Shown here: in pieces, positions 30,136 to 38,636 of the stretch
Layout: every line of letters starts with the position of its first letter
How positions within the stretch are numbered: position 1 is the stretch's first letter
Source: an uncultured Candidatus Saccharibacteria bacterium
GTDB taxonomy: Bacteria; Patescibacteriota; Minisyncoccia; Phycocordibacterales; Phycocordibacteraceae
Length of the DNA: 64,000 nucleotides
Direction: 5' to 3'
NCBI GenBank assembly: GCA_964402535.1
Contig: CAYOCH010000001.1
Location: 8,286-72,285, forward strand
Program-made: the position numbers and the translations under genes
Notes under the pieces: model-generated
Seen by the model: only the letters and a program-made list of their open reading frames with translations
The model's database searches: none
Told to the model about the DNA's origin: nothing

Positions 30136-30189
30136 CGCTGGATAGGTAGGATGTGCAGGCAGCCGACCCCCAGCGGGCCGGCTGTCGTT

Positions 30190-30507
30190 TTAGGCATGAG
30201 CGGATTTCGTGCGCTTAGCAAGGATGCCCCGCACAGAAGGGCTCACCGCCTTGTCCGTGCGATGGATGCAGCCGATCCAGCAGCACGGGCGGCGCTTGCT
30301 CTCGTTCAGCTCCGAGCGCACTCGCGCGACATGTTCTTTTCTCGTCTTGTCCTGCTTGACGGAGATCGCCCAGCAGATCCACTCGTTACGCGCCAAGGGC
30401 GTGAGGCTCTCCCATGCGGCACGCGCCTTCGGGTCGGCGGCGAGCGCGGTGCGCAAGTCTTGCGGCAAATCGTGCACGACCCCGCCGGCAATCAGTGTGC
30501 TGCTCAT
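30190..30507 (-). CDS. YdeI/OmdA-domain protein
   Basis: 105 aa; HVARVRSELNESKRRPCCWIGCIHR resembles the OmdA (PF13376) C-terminal motif. Confidence 0.55.
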   Translation of the reverse strand: MSSTLIAGGVVHDLPQDLRTALAADPKARAAWESLTPLARNEWICWAISVKQDKTRKEHVARVRSELNESKRRPCCWIGCIHRTDKAVSPSVRGILAKRTKSAHA

Positions 30508-30590
30508 GCACGTATTTTACGAAAGCGCGGCGCATGTGTCACTTTTCATCATTAACGTTAGCGTCACGGCGCCAGTGCTACGCTCCGCCC

Positions 30591-30974
30591 ATGATCAAAG
30601 ACGCACCATCATTCAGCAGCTATTCGGTGAGCGACGTGAACGAAGCAAAGCATTTTTACGGCGATATCGTCGGCGTACCGTGCGCGGAGCGGCCCGAAGG
30701 CCTGGAATTGAAGCTCAACGGCGGCCGCGTATTCCTGTATCCGAAGAGCGACCATGCGCCCGCGACGTTTACGGTGCTCAATTTCAAAGTGGCGGATATC
30801 GACGCCGAAGTCGACGAGCTCGCCGAGCGCAGCGTGCATCTCGAGCGCTACCCCGGCATGCACCCTGACGGCAAGGGCATCTGCTGGAACGACGGCCGCA
30901 CCCCGGGCCCGCGCGCAATCGGCTGGTTCAAGGATCCTGCCGGCAACATCCTCGCCGTGATCCAGGAGAAATGA
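30591..30974 (+). CDS. VOC (glyoxalase/bleomycin-resistance) family protein
   Basis: 127 aa; beta-alpha-beta-beta-beta pattern with conserved His/Glu positions; start trimmed to MIKDAPS. Confidence 0.65.
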   Translation: MIKDAPSFSSYSVSDVNEAKHFYGDIVGVPCAERPEGLELKLNGGRVFLYPKSDHAPATFTVLNFKVADIDAEVDELAERSVHLERYPGMHPDGKGICWNDGRTPGPRAIGWFKDPAGNILAVIQEK

Positions 30975-31023
30975 GTGCGCTTCGTCGTGCGAGCGCCTGC
31001 TGAGGCAGGTATATACTAGTGGC

Positions 31024-31395
31024 ATGCAAACCGACAAGAAAAAGCTTTTCGTGAATACGCTCGCATGGGGAGTGGCGCTGTGGTTCTTCGGCTACGCGCT
31101 CGGGTTCGTCTTCTTTGCGCTCGTGCCGCCCAGTGAGATCGGCTGGTACGTGACGCCCTTCGGCGTCGCGCTGACGCTCTGGGTCCTCTATACGAAGATC
31201 GCGCGGCATGACTTCACCTGCTACGTCGCGCTCGGCGTCATATGGGCGCTCATCGCGATCCTCCTCGACTACCTCTTCATCGTGAAGCTCTTGGGTGGAG
31301 CGGGCTACTACAAGCCGGACGTGTACCTCTATTACGCTCTCACCCTCGCGCTCCCGATCATCGTCGGCTGGCACAAGCTCCACCGCGCGAAATAG
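31024..31395 (+). CDS. Hypothetical membrane protein (4 TM)
   Basis: 123 aa hydrophobic; no domain recognised. Confidence 0.45.
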   Translation: MQTDKKKLFVNTLAWGVALWFFGYALGFVFFALVPPSEIGWYVTPFGVALTLWVLYTKIARHDFTCYVALGVIWALIAILLDYLFIVKLLGGAGYYKPDVYLYYALTLALPIIVGWHKLHRAK

Positions 31396-31400
31396 TATTT

Positions 31401-31423
31401 TGAGCAAGGACAGTCCTTGCTCA
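31401..31423. terminator. Hairpin TGAGCAAGGA-CAG-TCCTTGCTCA between convergent genes
   Basis: Perfect 10-bp stem; T-run on the upstream side (TAGTATTTT). Confidence 0.5.
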
Positions 31424-31428
31424 CGGCA

Positions 31429-31839
31429 TTATGCAATTCGTTGCAGCTCCCCATTCAATACGATCGGATCGAAGCCGCGGATCTCGTCGTGGAGGATCCC
31501 TTCGGGAATGTCGTTATAGAGGAATATCTTCTTGCCGATGCGGAAGGCGTCGTACATCTCGAGGAATGTCGCCCCGCCGATATATTTCTTGGCGCCATCC
31601 TTATCGAAGTTTAGGACGAGGACAGCATCGTTATCCTGTATCACCTGTGTACTGTGCGCAATCATGCCGCCCTTCCATTTGGCATGGACGTCAGTACCTA
31701 ATGCCCGATGCCGCTCTTCGGCTGCTGGATCGTCGAAGCAATTGGGCAGCGTCACCATATGACCCAGCTTCTGCAGTTCAGCCTCGATAGGCGGTATCCG
31801 ATCGTAGAATCTCTTGCTGCAAATCACAAATATCTTCAT
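31429..31839 (-). CDS. Nucleoside 2-deoxyribosyltransferase-like protein
   Basis: MKIFVICSKRFYDRIPP...VLVLNFDKDG...GGATFLEMYDAFRIGKKIFLYNDIP resembles the NDT/DUF4406 fold; about 52% GC. Confidence 0.4.
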   Translation of the reverse strand: MKIFVICSKRFYDRIPPIEAELQKLGHMVTLPNCFDDPAAEERHRALGTDVHAKWKGGMIAHSTQVIQDNDAVLVLNFDKDGAKKYIGGATFLEMYDAFRIGKKIFLYNDIPEGILHDEIRGFDPIVLNGELQRIA

Positions 31840-31850
31840 TTGTGGCAATG

Positions 31851-32441
31851 CTACTTCCTCCTCCGTTCTTCGAGCCATGCGGGAATAGGGCCGAAAGTTA
31901 GAGGCACTGTGCATATCTCCGTTCGTGTGACATCAAACGTCAACATATAGAGCTTATCGGCACTATCGAAGATCGCCTTCTCCCAGTCGAATCCGAGCTG
32001 TGCTGAAACCCTACGGACCGTATCCTCATCCTTCCCTTCCACTTCAGTTATCGGGTCGAGCCACGGCCATGTATCGAGCATTATTTCTGTCGTTCCGAGC
32101 TTCCACAGCTCGCGCTTTGTTTCTTGTTCAGCTTTTATCGAGAGGCCGATAGCAAGCATAAATGCTTTCGTCTTGTCATAGTCATCAACGACGAGCTCAA
32201 TCTCCTTCATCCCTTCTATAGTCTCGCTATTGCGCTGCTTGAATGTCAGCGTGATAGCGTCACCCTCATCGCGCAAGCGTATCCAGGCTGCCTTCTTGTC
32301 GAGGCGCAGATCCTCGTAGTCGAAGATCGTGCGTCGGATGAGCCGCTCGGGCGTCACAAGTGTCGCACCCGCTGCTTCAAGCTTCCGGCGCACATCAGCG
32401 TGAGCCGGACCGATAAACGTCGCTTCGATTTCTGTATTCAT
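31851..32441 (-). CDS. CYTH-domain protein (CyaB-like triphosphate tunnel metalloenzyme)
   Basis: N-terminal EIEATFIG resembles the EIExKF motif of CYTH; 196 aa; start trimmed to MNTEIEA. Confidence 0.55.
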   Translation of the reverse strand: MNTEIEATFIGPAHADVRRKLEAAGATLVTPERLIRRTIFDYEDLRLDKKAAWIRLRDEGDAITLTFKQRNSETIEGMKEIELVVDDYDKTKAFMLAIGLSIKAEQETKRELWKLGTTEIMLDTWPWLDPITEVEGKDEDTVRRVSAQLGFDWEKAIFDSADKLYMLTFDVTRTEICTVPLTFGPIPAWLEERRRK

Positions 32442-32536
32442 ATGCTGGGGGACTTGGAATCGGACCAAGATTGAGAGCTTCAAAGGCTCCTGTCCTACCA
32501 TTAGACGATCCCCCAATGAGCGCACTCTATCACTTT

Positions 32537-33337
32537 TTAGCTGCCGCACACGGCAGCGAGAGACGAGAGGTCGGACGCCGTCGGCTTCAGGTTGCCGCTC
32601 TCGTTCTGCGCATACATGATCGCCTTCGGGTCGCCGTTGTGGCCGAGGCCGATCGCATGGCCGAACTCGTGGGCCAGGACGCGCACGAGCTGCGTGCTGC
32701 CGATGAACTCGAAGATATCGATCCGCTCGCCTGCGGCATCGCGCACGAACTCGCCCTCCTCGAACGGGCGACCGGCCAGCTGATTGTACTGCTCTACGAG
32801 TGCGTTCAACGCGGCCACGCTCGCGTTAAAGGTCGCGACGCCGGCGTTGATCGAGTCCGCGAGCGCGTTCAGCGCGTCGCGCTCTCCGTTCAAGGTCTTG
32901 AGCTCCTCGGGCGTCGCGCCGCCGCGCGCGTTCACCTCGGCCACCGCCTGGTTATAGGCGTCCTGCTGCGCGACGAACTGCTCGTGCAGGGCGTCGAGAG
33001 AGGCGCGGGCTGCGTCAGCGTCGGCCTGCTTCTGCGCGATCTGCGCGCCGAGCTTGGCGTTCGCCTCGCGCTCGTCGTAGATGAGGTTCACCTTCAGGGC
33101 CGCGTTCGGGTCATAGGTGAGGAGCGGCTTCCCTCCGGCCTTGTTCCAGATCGCAGCGGCCGTCTCGAGGTCGCTCACGAGCTCTGCGCGCGTGATACCG
33201 AAGCGCGAATCGACCTGCCCCACCGCATACGGGATCGGCCGCGTGCACGGGATGTGCTGCTGATAGTAATAATAGAGACCCGCCGCCGTCGCAAGCGCGA
33301 CGATAAAGACGACGATCCAATTGAGTGCGTCTCTCAT
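32537..33337 (-). CDS. Zinc metalloprotease, metzincin-like (HEFGHAIGLGH)
   Basis: HExxHxxGxxH motif plus downstream Met-turn (AIMYAQ); N-terminal TM anchor; coiled-coil middle. Confidence 0.7.
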   Translation of the reverse strand: MRDALNWIVVFIVALATAAGLYYYYQQHIPCTRPIPYAVGQVDSRFGITRAELVSDLETAAAIWNKAGGKPLLTYDPNAALKVNLIYDEREANAKLGAQIAQKQADADAARASLDALHEQFVAQQDAYNQAVAEVNARGGATPEELKTLNGERDALNALADSINAGVATFNASVAALNALVEQYNQLAGRPFEEGEFVRDAAGERIDIFEFIGSTQLVRVLAHEFGHAIGLGHNGDPKAIMYAQNESGNLKPTASDLSSLAAVCGS

Positions 33338-34398
33338 TCGGCAGAGCCGAGCTCGAGGACAGCGAGCTCGAGAGGGAGCGCCGGGATCGGCGCGAAGCGG
33401 ATCCGATCAGCTGCGGTGAGGAATGCGAGCATCGTGTCGTGCGTGATGCCCTTCTCTCTTGCATACGCCTCGAGCGATGCGAACTCGTCTGCACCGTACT
33501 CTTGTGCGAGCTCGCTCCGGAGCTCGGGTGCATAGCGCACGAGGAGCGTGGCCCGCAGCGTCTCGAGTATGAGCTCGAGGAAGAGCCGCATGTCGACCCC
33601 GGCCTTGGCCGCCTTCTCGATCGCCTCGAGCGCCTTGCCGCGTTCGCCTGCCGCGAGCGCGCCGATGAGCGCGTTAACTTGCTCTCTCTTAGGCGCTCCC
33701 GTATGAGCCTCGACCCACACTCTAGAAATCTCTCCTGGCCTTTCTTCTTTTGCGGCTACCGTCTCCTTTATCCATTTCTCACCCGCAATGACCTTCTGCA
33801 ATGTTGATAACGCATCGCGATAAGAACCGTCACCAATCATGGCTATCAAATCCGCTGCGTCAGGCGCCAACTTGTATCCCTCCATCTTCGCTACGCGCGT
33901 TACTACTTGTGCGAGCACCGCGCGGGTCGGCTTCTTAAACTCGAAGACCTGGCAGCGCGACTGCACGGTCTCGGGCACCTTCTCTAATTCTGTCGTCGCG
34001 AGGATAAAGACTGCGTGAGGGGGCGGCTCTTCAAGCGTCTTCAAGAACGCGTTCCACGCGCTCTTCGAGAGCATGTGCACCTCGTCGAGGATGTAGACCT
34101 TATAGGGCGAGGCGAACGGCAGCGTATAGACGCCCTCGGAGAGTGCGCGGATGTCCTCGACGCTGTTGTTCGAAGCCGCGTCGACCTCGTAGAGGTCGCG
34201 CTCGTCGCAGCCGATTGCGCTCGCAAGGATGCGCGCGACCGAGGTCTTGCCGAGCCCGCGCGTGCCAGCAAAGAGGTATGCGTGGCCGAACTTCTTCGCC
34301 TTGACCGCCTCCTCGAGGGGCTTCGTCACCTGCTCTTGGCCGACCACTTCGGCGAACGCCTGCGGCCGATAGATCCGATAGAGCGACTGGTGCGCCAT
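33334..34398 (-). CDS. dnaX: DNA polymerase III subunit gamma/tau, short form
   Basis: AAA+ clamp-loader motifs (GTRGLGKTS, DEVHML, SRC); 354 aa. Confidence 0.9.
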   Translation of the reverse strand: MAHQSLYRIYRPQAFAEVVGQEQVTKPLEEAVKAKKFGHAYLFAGTRGLGKTSVARILASAIGCDERDLYEVDAASNNSVEDIRALSEGVYTLPFASPYKVYILDEVHMLSKSAWNAFLKTLEEPPPHAVFILATTELEKVPETVQSRCQVFEFKKPTRAVLAQVVTRVAKMEGYKLAPDAADLIAMIGDGSYRDALSTLQKVIAGEKWIKETVAAKEERPGEISRVWVEAHTGAPKREQVNALIGALAAGERGKALEAIEKAAKAGVDMRLFLELILETLRATLLVRYAPELRSELAQEYGADEFASLEAYAREKGITHDTMLAFLTAADRIRFAPIPALPLELAVLELGSAE

Positions 34399-34415
34399 AG
34401 TCGCTAGAGTATATC

Positions 34416-34472
34416 AAAAAGAAAAAGCCCCGGGACAGCTCCACTCGATGAGGTCGATGGAGCGCCCGGGGC
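34416..34472 (-). terminator. Intrinsic terminator (GCCCCGGG...CCCGGGGC long hairpin plus UUUUUCUUUUUG) 17 nt upstream of the dnaX start
   Basis: Minus strand: 45-nt GC-rich hairpin followed by U5CU5. Confidence 0.65.
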
Positions 34473-34567
34473 CAAGGGAGATTACAAGTGAAGAAGACTT
34501 ACCACTACTGCTCCCTCCCACGAGGGAGCAGGCTAAGGATCAGGAAAGCGATAACCTTCACCAAAGC
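34473..34567 (-). ncRNA. Candidate small structured RNA (about 150 nt including terminator) upstream of dnaX
   Basis: Bracketed by a consensus promoter and the intrinsic terminator; contains perfect hairpin GCUCCCUC-GUGG-GAGGGAGC enclosed by a GUGAAG/CUUCAC helix; no ORF. Confidence 0.45.
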
Positions 34568-34573
34568 CTCACT

Positions 34574-34602
34574 ATTCTAGCGCACCCCTATAATCTTGTC
34601 AA
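34574..34602 (-). promoter_or_regulatory. Sigma-70-type promoter TTGACA-17 bp-TAGAAT (minus strand)
   Basis: Plus-strand TGTCAA at 34597-34602 and ATTCTA at 34574-34579 give a perfect -35 and near-consensus -10 with 17-bp spacer. Confidence 0.65.
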
Positions 34603-34630
34603 ACCCCCAAAATATGCCGGAATTACTGGC

Positions 34631-35641
34631 TTATGCGTGACCAGACGCTGTCACCACCTGCTCGAGCTCGGCGGCGGAATTGGCGGCCATGAGCTTGGCG
34701 CGGAGGTCGGCGGCGCCGTCAAAGCCGGTGACGAATGCCTTGATGTGCTTCTTGAGTATCGAAAAGTTCTTCGGCGGCGCGAGCTTCTCAAATCCGTGCG
34801 CGAGTTCGACGAGCGCCATCAGCTTCTCTTGCAGTCCATGTTCGGGTTTCGTAAATCCATCATGCATGATGGATTTACGAAACCCATCATTGCCGCGCTC
34901 CGCAAATACCCACGGATTGCCAAACATGCCGCGGCCGATCATGACGCCGTCACAACCGGTCTCTGCGGCGAGCCGCTCCCCTTCTGCGATGCTCTGCACA
35001 TCGCCATTCCCTATGAGGAGCACATCGGGCGCGATCCGGTCGCGGAGCTCTTTAGCCTTCTTCATCCGCTCCCAATCGGCGGGGACGAGCGAGAGCTCCT
35101 TGCGCGTGCGCAGGTGGAGCGTGAGCGCCGCCGGTCGTGCCGAGAGGATCGGCGTGAGCCACTCTAGAAGCGTCTCTTTGTTATAGCCGATGCGCGTCTT
35201 CACCGAGACCGGCAGCCCTGCAGACTTCGCCGCCTCGATGAGTTCGACCGCTAAGGTCGGCGACTTGATGAGCGCTGCGCCGGCACCCTGCTTCTCGATG
35301 CTCCTATCCGGGCAGCCCATGTTGAGGTCGACGCCGTCGAAGCCAAGCTCGGCCACGACCTTGGCGCCATACGCGATCATCTCGGGTTTCGCCGAGAAGA
35401 TCTGTGCGACGATCGGATGCTCAGCGCTCGTGAACCGCAGATCGCGCATAAGCGGATTCTCTGCGTCCGGCATCTTAGCGATCTCGCGGGTGTGAAGGAG
35501 CCCGTCGGCCGAGACGAACTCGGTCCACGTGACGTCCGGCTTGCCATGCTTCGCAACGAGCGCGCGGAAGGCAGCGTCGGTGACATCCGCCATCGGCGCC
35601 ATCGCGAAGAACGGTCGCGAGAGCTTATTCCAGAATGACAT
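34631..35641 (-). CDS. dus: tRNA-dihydrouridine synthase
   Basis: TIM-barrel Dus motifs (APMADVTD, NMGCP, VKTRIG, conserved catalytic Cys); 336 aa. Confidence 0.85.
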   Translation of the reverse strand: MSFWNKLSRPFFAMAPMADVTDAAFRALVAKHGKPDVTWTEFVSADGLLHTREIAKMPDAENPLMRDLRFTSAEHPIVAQIFSAKPEMIAYGAKVVAELGFDGVDLNMGCPDRSIEKQGAGAALIKSPTLAVELIEAAKSAGLPVSVKTRIGYNKETLLEWLTPILSARPAALTLHLRTRKELSLVPADWERMKKAKELRDRIAPDVLLIGNGDVQSIAEGERLAAETGCDGVMIGRGMFGNPWVFAERGNDGFRKSIMHDGFTKPEHGLQEKLMALVELAHGFEKLAPPKNFSILKKHIKAFVTGFDGAADLRAKLMAANSAAELEQVVTASGHA

Positions 35642-35667
35642 GCAGACACCCTAGCAGACTTCGCCGC

Positions 35668-36534
35668 TTACCGCTTTGTGCCGTCCGACTTTCGCTTCAC
35701 GTAGACTTTACCGTCGAAGCGCAGGTCGACGTAGACGAGCGAGCCGTCGCCAAGGTTCATGCTGCCCTTGCCCGAGGTGAGCGCGGTAAACGCCGCTTGC
35801 TCGTGACCGAGCACATAGGTCACGCGGGTACCACTCGCGAGATAGTCGTCGATCTCGTCGCCGCGGAGCGCGACCCTGGTCACCTCCGTGCCGAAGGTCG
35901 CGAGCTGCCGCGCGAAGTCGAACGTGCTCGGCAGCTCGTCTGCGCGCGCGATAGTCGCTCGGAGAGGTTCAAGCACATCGCCAATCAGGGGCGCGTAGAC
36001 CGCGAACGGGTTGATCGTCTCGGTCGTCGTCGCAGCAGGTGCGAAGACGAATCCGTTCGCGTCAAAAACATAGCAGTTCTCGACTCCCGATGGCTTGGAG
36101 CTTGCCCCGTTGGAAATCAGATTTTCAACGGGGCACCAGCGTGCGACCGCGACGCGGTCGTTCACCTTGATCGAGAGGCCCGTGAGCCCGTTGTGGAATA
36201 TCGAAATGGAGGCGATCTCCGGATGCGCCGCCATGATGTTCGCGCGGATCTGCCCGTCCGGATAGAAGAACATCGAGTCGCGCGGCACGAGCCCCAGATA
36301 GCTGCCCTGCATCGCCGAGGTCGCAACGTCTGAGAGCGACTGGTCAGCGCCGTAGATCGTGACCTCGCTGATGCGCACGGCGCTCTGGTTCAAGCCGTAG
36401 AGCAGCCCCGCGAGCGCGAGGATTGCGAGAACGACAAACGTGATCAAGACGCGGCGTCGGCGCTGTCGGCGGCGTTCTGCAAGCCGCGCGCTACCGTGCG
36501 GTACCGAGGACAGTCTTGCCGACATACGGCACAA
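35668..36534 (-). CDS. FtsQ/DivIB-like POTRA-domain protein
   Basis: Arg-rich cytoplasmic N-terminus, single TM, then VRISEVTIYGADQSLSDVATSA POTRA-like segment. Confidence 0.45.
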   Translation of the reverse strand: MCRMSARLSSVPHGSARLAERRRQRRRRVLITFVVLAILALAGLLYGLNQSAVRISEVTIYGADQSLSDVATSAMQGSYLGLVPRDSMFFYPDGQIRANIMAAHPEIASISIFHNGLTGLSIKVNDRVAVARWCPVENLISNGASSKPSGVENCYVFDANGFVFAPAATTTETINPFAVYAPLIGDVLEPLRATIARADELPSTFDFARQLATFGTEVTRVALRGDEIDDYLASGTRVTYVLGHEQAAFTALTSGKGSMNLGDGSLVYVDLRFDGKVYVKRKSDGTKR

Positions 36535-37759
36535 GCACCTCGGGCACCTTGATCGTGCCGTCGGCTTGCTGGTAGTTCTCGATGATAGAGACGAGGATGC
36601 GCGGCGTCGGGATCGCGGTCGAGTTCAAGGAGTGCGCGAAGCGCATATTCCCCTCTGCATCGCGGTAGCGGATATTGAGGCGCCGCGTCTGGAAGTCGTG
36701 GAAGTAGGAGGCCGAGCTGATTTCGCGGTACTTCTGCTCTGCCGGGACCCAGAGCTCGACATCATATTTCTTCACCTGACCGAGGCCGAGGTCGCCGCCG
36801 CAGTTCGCGACCGTGTGATACGGGATATTCAAAAGCTCGATGAACTCCTCGGTGTTGCGGTTGATCTGCTCGTGCATGCGCACGGTCTCGTCGTGCTCGG
36901 CCTTGCAGAGCACGACCTGCTCCCATTTGAAGAACTCGTGCACGCGGATGAGGCCCCGGACGTCCTTGCCGTGCGCGCCCGCCTCACGACGGAAGCAGGG
37001 TGAGAACGCGAGGAACCGGATCGGGAACTGCGCCTCCTCGACCGTCTCGTTCATGTAGTAGCCCATCGTCGCGACCTCGCCGGTGCCGGCCAGATAGTCG
37101 CCGTCTTGCGTCTTGTAGAGATCTTCTTCGCCCTGCGGGAGATAGCCCGTGCCCATGAACGGTTCGCGCCGCACGAGACTCGGCACGCTCATGAGCGTCA
37201 TGCCCTTGCCGCCGAAATGCTTCAACGCGAGCTGCCACACCGCGTTCGCGAGGAGCACACCGTCATTCTTCAAGAAGTAGCCGCGGAATCCGGCGACCTT
37301 CGCACCGCGCTCGAAGTCCGCCATATCGTTCGCGACCATGAGCTCGACATGGTCCTTAGGCGTGAACGAAAACTCGGTGGGCGTACCCCACTTCTTCACC
37401 TCGAGATTATCAGCGTCGCTCTCGCCGTCCGGCACCGACATGTCAGGGACGTTCGGCACCGTGAGCATCAGCTGCTGCCACTCGTTCATGACGCCCTTCA
37501 GCCGCTCCTCTGCCTCAGTCATGCCGTTCTTGAGCTCGCGCATTTGCGCGAGGAGCTTCTCGCGATCCTCGCCCTTGGCGATCTGGATCTCGTTGCTGCG
37601 GCGGTTCTGCTCTGCGCGCTTGGTGTCGAGCTCGAGGCGGATCGCCTTGCGCTCGTCGTCGACCTTGATAAGACGGTCGATGTCGACCTCGATATGCTTC
37701 TTAGCGGCGCCTGCTTTGATAATGTCCGCATTCTCGCGGATAAAGTGAATATCGAGCAT
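36491..37759 (-). CDS. serS: Seryl-tRNA synthetase
   Basis: 422 aa; N-terminal coiled-coil arm plus class II motifs 1-3. Confidence 0.95.
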   Translation of the reverse strand: MLDIHFIRENADIIKAGAAKKHIEVDIDRLIKVDDERKAIRLELDTKRAEQNRRSNEIQIAKGEDREKLLAQMRELKNGMTEAEERLKGVMNEWQQLMLTVPNVPDMSVPDGESDADNLEVKKWGTPTEFSFTPKDHVELMVANDMADFERGAKVAGFRGYFLKNDGVLLANAVWQLALKHFGGKGMTLMSVPSLVRREPFMGTGYLPQGEEDLYKTQDGDYLAGTGEVATMGYYMNETVEEAQFPIRFLAFSPCFRREAGAHGKDVRGLIRVHEFFKWEQVVLCKAEHDETVRMHEQINRNTEEFIELLNIPYHTVANCGGDLGLGQVKKYDVELWVPAEQKYREISSASYFHDFQTRRLNIRYRDAEGNMRFAHSLNSTAIPTPRILVSIIENYQQADGTIKVPEVLVPYVGKTVLGTAR

Positions 37760-38636
37760 GATTTATCAGTATACTGCACCCATGGAGATACGCGAGCTTG
37801 CGAAGGAGGAGTGGCCTGCACAACTACGGGAGATCCCGCAACCGCCGAAGCGCCTCTGGGCGCGGGGCGTGCTACCGCCGAGAGAGAACAAACTCCTCGC
37901 GGTCGTCGGCAGTCGTGCGATGACCCGATACGGCCAAGAGGCGTGCGAGCGGCTCATCATGGGGCTCGCAGGCTACCCCGTCACGATCGTCTCCGGCCTC
38001 GCGCTCGGGGTCGACACCTGCGCCCACAAGGCGGCGCTCGCTGCCGGCCTCCACACGCTCGCCGTGCCGGGCTCGGGTCTCGACGATTCGATCCTCTACC
38101 CAAGGAGCAACCGTCCGTTCGCAAAGCAGCTCCTCGCAAAAGGCGGCGGGATGATCTCTGAGTATGAGCCCGTGACGCCCTCGCACGTGCGCTACTTCCC
38201 CGAGCGCAACCGCATCATGGTCGGCCTCTCCGACGCGGTGCTCGTAGTCGAGGCCGGTGAGAAGTCGGGCACGCTTATCACCGCGCGTCTCGCATCGGAC
38301 TATAACCGTGACCTCTTGTGCATCCCGCATCGGATCGGCGACCCGCACGCGTTCGGCCCGCACCTCTTCATCCGTCTCGGCGCGGCGCTCGTCACCGATG
38401 CGCTTCACATTCTTGAGGTGCTCCACATCCCGCCCCGTGAAGCGAGCTCGACCGCAACGCCGCGCGACTTAACTGACGCCGAATCGGTTGTCTGGGATAT
38501 GATCGCCGAGCCTAAGACGCGCGACGAGATCCTGCGTGGTGCTGCGGGCGGCGCGGGCGAGATCATGACCGCGCTCATCGCGCTCGAGCTGCGCGGCCTC
38601 GCGCGCGAAGAGTTCGGCGCGTGGCATCGCGTTTGA
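37758..38636 (+). CDS. dprA: DNA-processing protein DprA (Smf)
   Basis: Rossmann-like DprA core (LLAVVGSRAMTRYG...IVSGLALGVDTCAH...GGGMISEY). Confidence 0.85.
   Translation: MIYQYTAPMEIRELAKEEWPAQLREIPQPPKRLWARGVLPPRENKLLAVVGSRAMTRYGQEACERLIMGLAGYPVTIVSGLALGVDTCAHKAALAAGLHTLAVPGSGLDDSILYPRSNRPFAKQLLAKGGGMISEYEPVTPSHVRYFPERNRIMVGLSDAVLVVEAGEKSGTLITARLASDYNRDLLCIPHRIGDPHAFGPHLFIRLGAALVTDALHILEVLHIPPREASSTATPRDLTDAESVVWDMIAEPKTRDEILRGAAGGAGEIMTALIALELRGLAREEFGAWHRV

Noticed and set aside
34400-34570. SRP RNA (ffs) assignment for the RNA upstream of dnaX
   Set aside because: Synteny fits. However, the apical hairpin GCUCCCUC-GUGG-GAGGGAGC is a perfect helix lacking the conserved symmetric and asymmetric internal loops (GGAA...AGCAGCC context) of SRP domain IV. 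Kept as an unclassified ncRNA candidate instead.
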